The translations under genes were made by a program, and so were the position numbers. Of a stretch of DNA of 64,000 bases, positions 50,877 through 63,538 are shown piece after piece. Within the stretch, counting starts at the first letter, position 1. Each line of letters begins with the position of its first letter. The notes beneath the pieces are model-generated. The model was not told the DNA's origin. It was given only the letters and a program-made list of their open reading frames with translations, and ran no database searches. The stretch lies in assembly GCA_039545335.1 (NCBI GenBank), contig BCIN01000008.1, forward strand, positions 62,001 through 126,000, written 5' to 3'. The DNA is from Kondoa subrosea (lineage: Eukaryota).

Positions 50877-51464
50877 TTATCTATGAGGTAGTTCGGGCAT
50901 ACTTCTCGTTGCTCTCTCTTCGTTTTTGGAGTGTTGCTTCAATTCCTCTGTGTACAATTAAAACCGAATGCAATTAGACATGTACGATAGTGATACATGA
51001 GAATATAACTGACCGAGGATCTTGCTAGTCTCCCACTCTGATCCAGCTGGCGGTTGCTGCTTCCCAACAGCCCAGTAGTATATGGTCCATTCTGGAATAG
51101 CCAACAATCGATCCAACTCCTTCAACTCCTCTTCATTCCATTTCGCAATCCTTTCACTTGTAGCAAACGTAGACAACAGCAACCCAGTTTCCAATGTTCC
51201 TCTTTTCCTCGTTTGGTACACTAACCGACTTCTCAAAGTAGATAAATCCTCAAACGAATCTCTTGAGCCATCTAAAGGATGAGGTGTGTAAGTTACTGGA
51301 TCTTGAGAAGAAGCTTGATCGGCTGGATCGATCTGGGCTGGTAAGATCCAAGGGTCACGTAATCCTGGTTGATCATTGGCATTCGTTGTCTTGCATCTGA
51401 CTGCTGGAGTAGTGCGGAGAGAGCGCAGCAGAGGAAGGCGAGACCGAAGCAACAGAGAGGTCAT
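50877..51464 (-). CDS. SDH5: Succinate dehydrogenase assembly factor 2
   Basis: LRSRLVYQTRKRGTLETGLLLSTFA and EWTIYYWA, with a presequence; two exons. Confidence 0.94.
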
Positions 51465-52490
51465 TATTTTACGAATCGATGCGTCGTGGTATGAAAGAGA
51501 CGAGCAGCGAATAAAAACTGAAGGGGAGAACTTGAAGATCAGGGTCGAGTGAAGGGTCTGATCAGGGCTGCCAACGAGAGCTGCTCAAAAGACGACCTGA
51601 GCAAGAACTCAAATCAAATGACGATTATGGAGCAAATTGATCAGAATCAACGATTGTCTCTTCTACACTACTGGAGCTCGCTCGGCAATCGGATCTCAAG
51701 ATATTGCGCCAGAATTTAAGCCAAATATGTTGCTAATGTTCTAATCGAAATCTAGCGACTTGGAATGAGATTGACGTTTCACTTTGCGTAATCTATCGTC
51801 TGGACAACGCTTTAATGCTTTCTTCAACGCATCTGCAGTATGGCAAGGAAACTCGCAAGTCTCATGCAATGCATCACGTCCAACGCGTCATTTACAGGTG
51901 CATTGACGTCTCATTTGATCTCGAATAGGCTATCTTATGCAGGTCAGCTGCTCGAAGGAGACCTCTAATGGTCTCCATCTGCTCTTTGAGGTCCATCGAC
52001 AAGAAGTGAGCCTCTTTTTCATCTTTTTGTCATAATGCACGGTGCGCGTTCAGTTCGAAGGCGCCTTCTAATGGTTTTCCTTTTCTTGCTTTGGCTCTCT
52101 CTCAACCACGATCACGAACGATTCAATCTTACATTTCGCAAAGTGCCGAGCTACTTGAATGATTGGGCGGTTTTGAAAAGTTAGCTCCCTTTCCACTTAG
52201 GGGGTGTTTTTGATCTGAAAATTGGGCATAGCTCTCTCCGACTTACCTTGGTCCTGCTCCGTGTTCTGTTACTTTTCGTGCCATCAGTCAATACACACTC
52301 GTTCTTGGTACTGTGTGCATTGTTCACGGCTTGGGTCCCCTCTACTTCTTCTCAATTATTGTAAGCACGCGTTCCTTTAGACTATATTCTAGTCCTTTCT
52401 CACCTCGCTCTCTTTTGCAGATCAGTCTCTCTCTCTCTCAACGCCATCACGCAAACCCACGCTTCTCTCAAGTAACATCTAAACGCAATC

Positions 52491-53501
52491 ATGCTCACCT
52501 TATCTCGATCCGCCGCTTGCACTCCTCCTCCACGCGCCAATCGCGCTACTTTACCTTACGATCTGCTCTCTGGTCTACCGATCACACCAGAGAATGCAAA
52601 CGAACACGAATACACGCAGTTGGATGCTGGCATTCCGGCTGCTGTAGATTCGACACCTGTATCTACTCTTCTCCCAGCTCCACCTATTCTTTCACCAGTC
52701 TTGCGATCAGCTCAACGTACGCGCAAGAAGACGCGTGAACCAATTGCACCCACTTCACCTTTGTTGAAGAGTCCAGCAATTATGAATTTGGGCATTTTCA
52801 CTGCAATCGCTCAAGCTGAAGAAGGCGGAGGAGATGAATTCAGGCAATACTCTCCATTCACTACTGCTTCCGACTTGTCTACTCCTGAACTTGGTTTCTT
52901 TTCACCTGCTTCAAACTATTCTTCGACTACCTGTTCTTCACTCGCTTCACCTTCACCTTCTTGCTTCACTTCCCCTCCGACTTCTTTCGAAGGTCCATCG
53001 CCATTCTTGGAATCAGCTTTCGAAGATCTTTACTTGGAAGAAAACAAGAAGCAAAGCAATTCAATTTCACCTCTAATGGAAGCTCATCAGATCCATTCTA
53101 CTCTTGGTCTCTTTGGTCCCTCCCCTACTTCACCTACTCTATCCACGTCTTCTACTCAAGGTGGTCTCAAGCTTTCCCTCTACTTGTCTCACCAAGACAA
53201 CGAAGGCAACTTGGACAAACCGCTCACTACTTCTACTTTTCCTACTTCAACTTTCACTTCAATGGAAACGGTTCATGATCTCAAGAAGGAAATCATTGCC
53301 AAACTGGGGTTGAACGCTATGCATGTTTCAAATGAAGATTTGGGCTTGTTTTTCCAACCTTCTTCCTCTTTGACAGAAGGAATGAAGAGTCCAGAATTGG
53401 GTAATGAGTTGAAAGAGGGAAATGATTTGATCATGAGGAATTTATGGGGTCAAGCGATGGAGGAAGGTAGTCTTGTTGCGGTCATCTCAACAAAGGCCTG
53501 A
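52491..53501 (+). CDS. Ser/Pro-rich protein with possible C-terminal ubiquitin-like domain
   Basis: Intronless 336-aa ORF; C-terminal LKLSLYL...ETVHDLKKEII...LGLFF...EEGSLVAV. Confidence 0.7.
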   Translation: MLTLSRSAACTPPPRANRATLPYDLLSGLPITPENANEHEYTQLDAGIPAAVDSTPVSTLLPAPPILSPVLRSAQRTRKKTREPIAPTSPLLKSPAIMNLGIFTAIAQAEEGGGDEFRQYSPFTTASDLSTPELGFFSPASNYSSTTCSSLASPSPSCFTSPPTSFEGPSPFLESAFEDLYLEENKKQSNSISPLMEAHQIHSTLGLFGPSPTSPTLSTSSTQGGLKLSLYLSHQDNEGNLDKPLTTSTFPTSTFTSMETVHDLKKEIIAKLGLNAMHVSNEDLGLFFQPSSSLTEGMKSPELGNELKEGNDLIMRNLWGQAMEEGSLVAVISTKA

Positions 53502-53655
53502 AGATGGATATGAGAAGAAGGCTCCTCTTTCTCACAAAACTACCTCCAATTTCAAAAAGAGCGCTGGATTCGCTTTCGCTATACCCCGTCTTCAACCTTT
53601 TTCTTTTCGGTTGGGGTTTCACTGCACATTACTTTTTACGTACGACTTTTTTTGG

Positions 53656-53699
53656 ACACGAACGAATGAACGAACACGAACACGAACACGACCACGACC
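53656..53699 (+). repeat. Degenerate (ACGAAC/ACGACC)n tandem repeat in 3'UTR
   Basis: acacgaacgaatgaacgaacacgaacacgaacacgaccacgacc. Confidence 0.7.
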
Positions 53700-54188
53700 T
53701 ATGAGATTCAGAAGGACTCTCTATTTTAATCTTGCACGTTTGTATCACATTTTTTTCATTTCAGTAGATATTATCTTTGTGATATACATCATTCGTTACC
53801 TTTTTTTTAGCATTGTTTGTTACTTTCTGTTAGTCGTTTGCAAATTGAAAGATTGATTCTTCTTTTGGATGCTTTTTCAAATCGGGACTTTGACCTTGAC
53901 TGAACATCGATCAGCCGATATAGTAAACTGATTGAAACGATTTTCCGTGCGAGGGCTCTCTTAGTCAATAGAATCTGAAGATGGGGTGTCAGAGGAGCAG
54001 AGTGAATTGACGAACAGAAGCGATAAGGAGATGCTTGACTTCAGAGACAGATAGCAAGGGTTCAAAAGATGCACGCATAGAAGGTATTCCTCTTGGGAAG
54101 CAGAACCAAGAGACCCAAGATTAGAACGAAGAGCGGAAAGGGAATCAAAGAAGACAAGAAAACGGATCCTTGCTGCGGTCAAGGGCAA

Positions 54189-54784
54189 TCACACCAATGG
54201 CATTCGATACACTACGAACTCGCACTTGGCCGCTGTAGAGTCATACAATCGCCTAGCAGTGACATTGTCCTGCTTTGTAGTCCAGTACAATCTGTACAGA
54301 AGGAGAGTCAAACCAGAAAGTATCCGAAGTATAGCTGAACTTACCTCTCACAACCTGCTTCTCTGGCTACTTTCTCGACTGCATCGATCAATGTACGTCC
54401 TACTCCTTTTCCTCTGACTTCGGAAGAGACGAAGAGATCTAATTGCCGGATGAGAGACTTGAGTACTCAGATGCTGATCTTACTCACCTTGCAGCAGCAT
54501 GTGAGGCTTAAGCACAAGTCAGAGAGCAAGAACGACCCACGCGAATGGTGACATACCTTCTCAGACCAAGCGCTTGCCGTAGGAAAGAAATGAGCGAGCC
54601 CTTGAATCTTGCCCTGTTCATCTTTCGCGACCAAAGCTTTCAGTTCGGCTCTGGGATCCATTATTCGACTGAAAGTCTTCTTGTACTGCTCGGCTGGCAG
54701 AGTCGTGTGATAGAACTCCAAATACAGGCGCCACAGTACCGACCATTCTTCGAAATCGTCTTGCTTAATTGAAGTGACTTGCAT
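54189..54784 (-). CDS. GNAT acetyltransferase (Hpa3-like)
   Basis: WSVLWRLYLEFY, GLAHF, LQDLFVSSEVRGKGVGRTLI and LYWTTKQDNVTARRLYD. Confidence 0.9.
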
Positions 54785-55191
54785 GCTGGGTTGCGCTCCT
54801 TCGTCTGAGCTATTGGTCTTCTTGTGCGAGCGGCCACGGCAGAATCTCGACAAGCAGTGGAAGACCTTTCTGAGTCATTTCAAGACTTGTCCCGGGACTT
54901 ACGCGTTGCTTGAATTCTTCGGCTTGTGGTCGAGTAAAGGGGACATCCTTATCCTCGGGGAAGCCAGCAGGAAGGGCGGACTCGATTGAAGTCCGCTCCG
55001 TAATCTAAATGACTTCGATGCAATCAATCTTCTCGGGCACTCATCTTTTAGCTGTTTCGGCATGGCAATGTTGTTTCATTTTATTGCATTCATTCAATTT
55101 GTCCATTATTCTCACTCCTGCTCTTTTGCATTCTCTTTTTTTTCTTTTCCCCATCCTGCTCTTTTTGCTTTCGTGCTTTTGCCCAACAACG

Positions 55192-57090
55192 ATGTCTGAA
55201 AAAGCGGTTGCCGAACTGCAGGCTTTTCTCAATCCCGTAATCAGCGAAAGTGAATATGGACAGCTCATCTTCCTTGGCATACTCTATGCCGCTGTCTCAG
55301 TAGCGAATATTGGAACTCTGGTTTACGAAATCTGGACGAAATGGGGAACATCAAAACTATGGGTCTTTCGCAAGGAAACGTGTAAGCGCTATTTCTCACG
55401 GGGTGAGCGATTTCCGCTGATATACGAGAGTAGCGGACGGATCTACGCGTTATTTAGCCAATAGTCTGTGAGTCAGCAAGCACTTCGTTCCCGTCGCGTA
55501 CTTAACAGATTGATCAAGATTCCTCTGGCTGCCTATAGCGTCTATCTATACCATAACGAGCGTGTATGGCTGTTACTGGCACGCGGTGAACGATCGAGGT
55601 CAGGGCAGCTCTCAAAAGGATTACGTTTTCGTGCAAGCTTTCGGTACTATCTTCCTTACTCTGGCTTGTTGGTTATACAATTGCTCGTGCGTTGTACCTC
55701 TGAATTTTGTAGCTTGTCATCTGATGCTTCTCGCAAGATTGATCTTCTCTGGGCTGCACCTCTTTCGTGCTCTGTCAAGGACCGCCAATAGACCAGGCAT
55801 TCGAGTTCCTCAGCCACCTGCAATACTCTATCACTTCTTCGCGTTCATCCTACCGTTTGCGTTGCTGGGTCCAGCACTTGCTTTCTCCTTCGTTGCGTGC
55901 GTATGGGTAGACTTTACACCGCTGGTCGGCTGACGAATGATGCAGCAACTCGGCTCTCAACAGATGTATGGTCTTGCGGGTAATCCGAACCGTTCGAATA
56001 TTCTGATTTCAGGATGCAGCTGTGGATTATGGAGAAAAGATGCGCGCCTTGTTCACCACAGGTGATTTTTCGCCCATTGAATTGGCGCATCTTACAAAGG
56101 GCTTTGTAAAGTTCTTGTTCCGTGACGTGAAAGTACCAGCTAATTGTGAGAACAGGCGGAGGCGACGGCTCAGACGAAATATTACGTTGGCGTCAGTGCT
56201 TACATTGGTCTGACCTATTCGTCTGGCTGAAATTCAGCACTGCAGCTCACAAGCTATCTGGTGAGTAATGCTATCTATCATCGCCTCGTCACAAGCTGAT
56301 CCTCAGATATCACAGTGCTTGGCTCTATTTAGCTTTCTACTCCTTTTCGGCTTTCCAGCTTGTATAATTCTCGTCAGTTTCCTGACTATACGCCATATGC
56401 GAGATCCGGGCTGATCTTGATTACTTTAGGTCATTGCTGTTCGATCGAGCGAGAAGCTCAGAAAGTCGACTGCTGGAACCTCGTCAACTGCCAGCAGAGC
56501 TGACTCTTTACAAACTGCTTTAATACTGCATTCTATCATGGTCGGTAGTTGGACTCTTTCTGCCAGTCTGCTCTAGCTCGGTTTTCATCTTTATCGCAAC
56601 TGATCTATTTCTTCCCTTCGCAGGTGTGCTATTGTACTATCGATTGGCTCTCAGCTTTACACACCCAGTTCCACCTTATACTGCAGGAGTCATAGTACCG
56701 TATTGGCTTCATGGATTTGGTAGCGCTATGGCTGTAGCATATACAGCATGGAAAGCTTACATGACAGCACCTATTCGCTGTACGTACTGGTGGCCCCATC
56801 GCCCTTTCGAGGCAGCTTAGCTAAGATCATACGCAATTCATAGCTGGCACCTTAAAGTCTTCAACCGGATCAAGCAAAACTTCTATCTTCAGTAACAAAC
56901 CTATTCAAATGCAAGTCCATGCTGTCACGGAAACTTTCGTTCATGCAGAAGGTAGATGGAATGCACTCTTAACGAATGAAAGCTTTTGATCATGTCTGCT
57001 TTACCAGATCTGATAGCAGCAGAAAAGAAAGCGAGGTCAGAGGAGAAAGAAGATGATGCTATTGAGATATCCATGAATAGGATGGTGTGA
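55192..57090 (+). CDS. Hypothetical multi-pass (about 7 TM) membrane protein, many exons
   Basis: A series of hydrophobic exon segments separated by short GT-AG introns; ends ISMNRMV*. Confidence 0.6.
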
Positions 57091-57415
57091 AGCTCAATGC
57101 AAGCTAGAAACAAAATGTCAATACAGTTTCGAATTACACTATGAAATTTAGACAGGCTATGATGCTGATGTTTATGATTTTACAGAGTTCATGCTCGCGC
57201 ATGACCAAACTATTACTACTTAGAGACCTGTATGGATCAGCCATTAGCTACTTCAATTTGGCTTGCACTGTGAAACGCGGGCCTACGAGTTCGAAAAGCT
57301 TCCTCGAAATGTGCATAGTCGATGGCGATTATATCCTGACAGGACTGTTTGGCTTGAAATTTAGCTGCGAAACATGCCAAAATGCAGAGACCTACCGTCG
57401 ACTAACATTCCACTT

Positions 57416-58184
57416 CTAGACTCTCTTCGTGATAGCCACAGCAGCTTTACATCCAGCAGCAATCACAGCACTGAGCAAAGCATGCGCAGGCGCCTTTTGA
57501 CTATCGTTTTCGACTGCTGTATCGAGATGTTCCAGCTCATCATCTCGAAACTCCTCCAAGATCTTCTTCAGTGCGACGACAGAAGGATGATTGACGTCCT
57601 TGAGATGTAACTCGAGCTCCTTTATCTGACTAAACTAAAGTTAGAATTTATGTTGATGAGGTGAAGAAGCAACTTACTCGTTGTAATGCTCACCGATGAC
57701 TGTCTCTACAGCTTCTGTGCAAGCCATAGCTGACTCCCGACCCATCAAAGCTGTACTAGCACCTAAAGCCCAGCCTGCAACTCGCCAGACAGGATACAAA
57801 GCAGTCGGTCGAACGCGATGTTGGCTGACTAGCTTATCGAAAGTCTGAATATGTTTCTTCTCAGAGTCCCACATTTCCTGTTTCCTTTCTTCAATAGGTT
57901 GTACAATTGCTATCGATTCGCTCGCTCACCTGAATGAGATTGGCTAGCTGAATTTTGCCTTGTTGTGCAAAGACAGCTTTCTGTCCTTGATAGATCACAT
58001 TAGCGCCCAATTCCCCAGCTTGATCGACCCGAATAATCTCTTCTATGATGCGTCTCTGTTTGGGTGTCAGATTCGATGGGGACGATTGAGTAGCTGGTAC
58101 TGCTGCATTGGAAGTATAGATATCAGAAGCCAAGGTACTGCTGTAGCGCTTGATGCTGCCCAGAGGTCTGCAGAGGCGTTGCAT
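57416..58184 (-). CDS. COQ7: 5-demethoxyubiquinone hydroxylase
   Basis: [46 protein letters not shown] and [11 protein letters not shown]. Confidence 0.96.
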
Positions 58185-58503
58185 GACCGTGCGAGTCCAA
58201 GAGAAATGAAATCTGCACACAGCACAGGTTGGAGCCAGACCAAGACCTCAAGAGGTTAAATACCAGTGCCTTCGGTGATATCGCGAGACTGCTATAGTCA
58301 TCACAATTAGACAATAGCTTGAGCCTTCACAGTCAATCTGTAATTGAGCTTTCTCCTCTGGCCAAACTTGCATTTCCATTGCCTGCGCGATCAAGTGTTC
58401 TCAGCGCGAGCTTCAAGAGCGCAACTTGTTTCTTCGCTGGTGGATCAGAAGTTGACAACCGAGTAAGAGCAAGGCAGTGCAGTGCAGCAGTAGTCTGTAG
58501 AGA

Positions 58504-59922
58504 ATGGATCGCTTGCCGGCAGGAACTTGGAGGCAGATAGCGAGGGATGCGGGCGTGCTGGACATTGGGGGACCAAAGGAGAGCTGGCTAGCCTTGATGT
58601 ATACTTGTCGTACGTCTCCCAGGAGCGGCAGATTTTGATCCTTATTTTTCTGTTCTAGGTTCCGTCTACCTCAAGACCCTACCTTTTCTTTACCACTCTA
58701 TGACCAACAATCAAATCCGCAGCAGCAAGCTTCGAGCCAGTATTTTTTGGCTCGACCATCTTTAGCTCTGCATGTTCGCTCGATTGCTCTTGTATTCTGT
58801 ATACAGATCAAGAACCAACCAACATACACTTATGCTTTAGACGACATGTCCTTGGAGGAAATACGAAGCAGTACTTTCAGTCAAGCACTAGCTGATGAAT
58901 TGGGCCGAATGCAAGCACCCACCGCTCGACTCCTAGAAATCCTACATCATTGCCGCTATCTTACTCGTCTTGACTTACTGGAAAAGGTTGAGGGAGATTC
59001 CGTGTGCGACGTCGACCTCCTTGACTTCCACTTCAATGCACTCCCCTCTTTGCAACAATGGCTGGCTCTTCCATGCTTGCAGACAATTGCACATTTCTCA
59101 TACACTGTTTCCGAACCTGGATGGGATCGGTCCGGAATTGGCGAATTGTTGGGTGCCATGCCTGCACTGAGAGCAATGACATTGGAAGATACTCCACAGC
59201 TATATTTGAACGATCCTCTACCTATTCAACGCCTTGAATGTAAACTGTACTGTGATCCACAAAATATACTATCTCTACATGCACCGACTCTTCGATCACT
59301 GGTATGTTTCGCTCATTCCGACTTGTTGGCAAATTTCGTACATCTACCCAAACTTCTTCTCCTCGATATATCTTGCAATTTACTGGCTGTCAAGCGACTC
59401 TCTGGTCTCAATGGCAACATACCGTCTTGTGAACAGCTATTTTTGCGATTTAAGGGCATGGTGTCCACGCAAGCAATCCAGTGAGCAGTATCAGAATTCA
59501 GCAAATGCACCTTTCCCAGCTTAAAACAGATCGATGTAATCTATGGATTTCGCGGATCAGAACGTTTCACGCGCCGCTTCATCCCTTGCTCCATTTATGC
59601 TACCCTTCTGATCAGCACCGCTTGTCGCACCCTTTTATACTTCACGCTCCATCCACATTTACCGTCCACGAAGCAGACTTATCCAACTTTGAACCCACTC
59701 GGAGATGTGGAAGAGGTGCAGATGGATGAGATAGAATGGCAATTGATTAAAAATGCACAGTCTTTGGCTCGACCTTTTCAAGGCCGCTTGCTGGATATGC
59801 CAGTCATCTCTACAGAAGACAGAAGCTGGACGGATATCAGCCGCATCACTTGCGAGGACAGACGATTGACAGCTCATCAGACGGATTCTGCCACATTAAA
59901 TGAAATTAAGAAGCAACAGTAG
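58504..59922 (+). pseudogene. F-box/LRR-like gene with apparent frameshift and in-frame stop
   Basis: MDRLPAGTWRQIA...LMYTCRSVYLKTLPFLYHS is out of frame with LARPSLALHVRSI at the T6 run 58743-58748. TGA at 59482-59484 interrupts a frame that is otherwise open to 59922. Confidence 0.55.
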
Positions 59923-60227
59923 TCAATACCTGCAAGCGATTGCGCACTGCTCAGAGTCAAAGTTTCTTATCAGCAAGTTGGTCCTTATCTTCCGTTCAGG
60001 GCTGCAGCGCGACCGTTGGGCGCCAGCTCGACTTCTTTTCGGTCTCTATAGTCGGTCTGCAATGCTGTTTCATCTGGAAGGTCTTCTGGGTTGTATCATC
60101 TCAGGCACACAGTCTATCCGCGACTTCAACTCGTTAGCAGACAACTCCAAAATTACGCAAGTTTTCGTGCGCGTAAGAACTCTGGGTTGATGCTCTAAAA
60201 TAATCCCAACACATGTACCCTTCTTCT

Positions 60228-60900
60228 ATGGACCAAAACGATCAACCTTACCCTCCTTCTTAACGGGAAAGAACATGTACTAGATCGATCATCAGCGCGT
60301 TGGAAATTTCTGGATTGGATTGATTCACCGAACTGCCCTAGCATTAGCCAACAATCAATTTACTGCTTCAATTGATGATGAAGAGGATGCAAGCAAAAGC
60401 TCTACGACCNAAAACAAAAGGAAGGGAAGTGCCAGATCGAAGGAATGGAGTCACTTGCCTGAGTATCAAGAGTCGAAAGAAATCAGGTCACGGAAAAAGG
60501 AGTGGAAGTGCATTTGAATAGTACTGATCTGATATGGATGATGAACCTGGGGTGTTTGATGAAACGGGATGGCACAGTGCACTTTCTGTTCGAACTGGAA
60601 TGGTTGAACGGTAAATTCTATCCTCCTCTGAATCTTATGTACGACCTCAAAATTGTCGTGCATTAGGTCATATGCTTTATCTGAATTATCTGCCAAAGCG
60701 ATGGAGAAACGCTGGGCGAAAGGCGAGTATTGTTAATTTCGAGCTTGCCGTGCGTGGACTCATTGCCTTGCGAAACCAAAGCTCCCTAAGCAATTCTTCA
60801 ATTAAGCGAAATNCTTCTAGTATTCAAGAAGAGCTCAACCATGACCTACACAGCTCGTTGGTGACAGATAAAATAGTCAACTTACAAAATCAAGACTCAT
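60228..60900 (+). pseudogene. Degenerate coding-like remnant of unknown origin
   Basis: Protein-like stretches broken by stops and frameshifts; ambiguous bases at 60410 and 60813. Confidence 0.25.
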
Positions 60901-61088
60901 TATTCATTTTCCACAAAATATGATGATCACATGAAATATTGAGGCAGCAGTATTATTCCTGAGGGCATATAAGTTTCTGCGTCATTGCATCTTGCGCGTT
61001 GACACAGAATACACCTCTAGAAGGACGTAAAAAGAGTATGTTATTGCGATAGTGAAGATATAGCGATGGCAGATACACGGTATTCTCC

Positions 61089-63538
61089 TTATTCTTTCTC
61101 AACCTCGGCTGGGACCAATTTCCACCATTCTTTTATTTTCGACTTGGAGTTTTCCAGCACTCTGATCAGCATATCTTGGTCTGTGAAGTATGCCGTGTCT
61201 TGATTTTCGACCAAGTCCTTCTCGTCGTCGCGCATTTTCTCTCTTAACTGCGACCGGTGATCTTGCAGCGACAAGGCAACGAATTTGCCTTCTATGGTGG
61301 TTTTCTCCTTCAATCGTGCTTCGTGACGTGTGGCCATGTCAGACCACAAGTTCCAAAATCTGCGCTCTTCCTCGTCCGGCACGATTGGCAGCTTCTCCAT
61401 GGCCGTCACAAGGTCTCGAAGCAATGATCCCAAGTTTTGATCTTTGAGTTCCAACAGAGATGGCATACATCCAGCAAAGTTCAAGTGGCAGTCTGGTCCT
61501 GTCTTCAGGCTTTCATCAAGCTGAGAAATCGAACGCGTAGCTGAGGACGTGTTTGCCTTCTGTGAACCGTTTGAGCGAAGGCTATAAGAAGTCACTTTGA
61601 CCATTTTGCAGCGCTTGGATTCCGCTTGCTTTGTCGAAGAAGAGAAGAAGCGCATCAAGATGTGAATGAAGAAGTAAAGAAGGGATTCCATCTCTTGCCT
61701 GATGTGAAAGATATACAAGAAGGTGAGGCCAGCTTTGCAGATGGCGTATGGCACGCAATCTTTTGTGAACTGTATTGACGGACATATCAGCATCAGCAAA
61801 CGCATGACGCATTTGGAGTCTGCTTACAGTAATAGATATCTTTTTACCGTTCCAGCTTGTATTCGAATACCGATATCCCCTTTCTTTGCTAACGTAAGTA
61901 GAGTTATCAAAGTCGATGATGAGGCTTTTTGCCGTGCCCTCCTCTGATCCAGGCTGACAAAGGATGTTGTTGCATGAGATATCGCGATGCGCAACGCCAA
62001 TCGAGTGAAATCGTTTGAGAGCTAGTAAGACTGTGAGTGATAATCGACAACACACGATGAAGAACACACTTTTAGCGATGTCCACCAATAGATCCATCAG
62101 ATTTTCGATGGTGCGTACATTTGACGGATCGATAGGGTTGCCCCGCGACATACGGATGATCCACAGATGCCGTTTCGTTATATCAACATCCTTCTTGCGC
62201 TGTTCAGGAGCTACTTGCTCTTTGGATTCTCTCTTTTCGTGAGCCCACCCTCTCAACTTTGGAATGCGATCTTCATAACCTTTTCCCAAATGCGCGTGCA
62301 GCACTTGCATGACTTCTAATTCCTTCGCCATCACATGTTTCCCCAAAGCTACATGCTCAGGCAGCCAGACTATTTTATACGCATCCCTTGCGTCGAAATA
62401 CACTGCCGTTGCTCGCCCAAAGAGTCTGAAACCGCAAAAGCTGGGTAAGTCTGTAGGAAGCCCGTCCAAGCAGCCAGGAGCAGTTGCAGTTTTCCACTTT
62501 CCTGTCATATCTGGACGGAGATCATCTTGCTCTGGTTGCCCGCACTCGAATTGCATGTAATCCTGGATCTTGTTGCCTCCATTTGGTCCATGCAGATCTC
62601 GATCATCCGCAGAACAGAGGAAAAACAGAGCCAGCAGAACTTGATGCAGCTTGTCTGTGGAGCCAAAGCAATCTTCTACTTCGCAAAACATGAGATCTTC
62701 TCTCGTCAAGCAGGCCAAAGTGAAAGTAGTTGTTTTCGCGGCGGATTTTGATTTCTGATTCTGGCTGAAGCCAAAGCCCATAATGTGAGTACTGAGTGCT
62801 ATAGACTCCAGATTTAGCTATCGAGATGTAGTGGCAGGTACAACTGGTAGCACTAACGACGATGTATCATGCCTACTTTCATATTGTTGAAAAGTTGAAG
62901 ATGCTTTGAATTGAGTTTGGTGCCAGAGAGACTTTGTGAGACATTAAGTATAGGTTCGACCGTCAATTCGCCAAAGGCATCGACAGTCTCCCATTTATTG
63001 CTGGTGCCGGAAACCTGATCTATGGAGCGGATGATGAAGTCGGGCTGACGGTCTGAACCGCAAAGGATGCTTTTAGGAAGAGGCGTATTTGTATGACTAG
63101 TGTCGAGACATCTTCTCAAGGGTTTCCTTGTTTCCTGTATCCTTATCAGCCAGATGCGCTTTGCGGCTCACGAGAACTACTGACAGGAGGGTATCTCTCT
63201 AGCATCCTGGTCAGCTGGCGAACAAAAGGTCCCTCTGCGTCTTCTTTTGCTGTTGCAAGCCTTTGCAGCCGGTCCAATAATGAAGTGTGATCTACGGACG
63301 GATCAAATATAGCTTGTGAAGAGCATGAAGACGCGTCATCCTTCACAGCGAGACCACGTTGTTGTTGGCCATTTAAGAGTTTTGCGAAGCTTTCATACCT
63401 GGTGAGATGAGAACGAAACTTGCTCTCCTCTTTGAAGGCCTTTTCATGCTTCCGTTTCAGATTGTAGGTGTTTTGTTGGGCACTAGTGTACGATGACGAT
63501 TTTATGGGAGTTGACTGAGAGTTTGTTTCGTTGGTCAT
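61089..63538 (-). CDS. Fungal-type protein kinase (FunK1-like)
   Basis: QPDFII, WETVDAFGEL, FGRATAVY, AYKIVW, HRDISCNNIL, IIDFD and HIRQEMESLLYF. ORF pieces are joined by GT-AG introns. Confidence 0.82.

Noticed and set aside
60515..60631. Eight in-frame TGA codons suggesting recoding, a NUMT or CpG decay
   Set aside because: They arise from NTG-A codon junctions of an overlapping open frame (LNSTDLIWMMNLGCLMK...).
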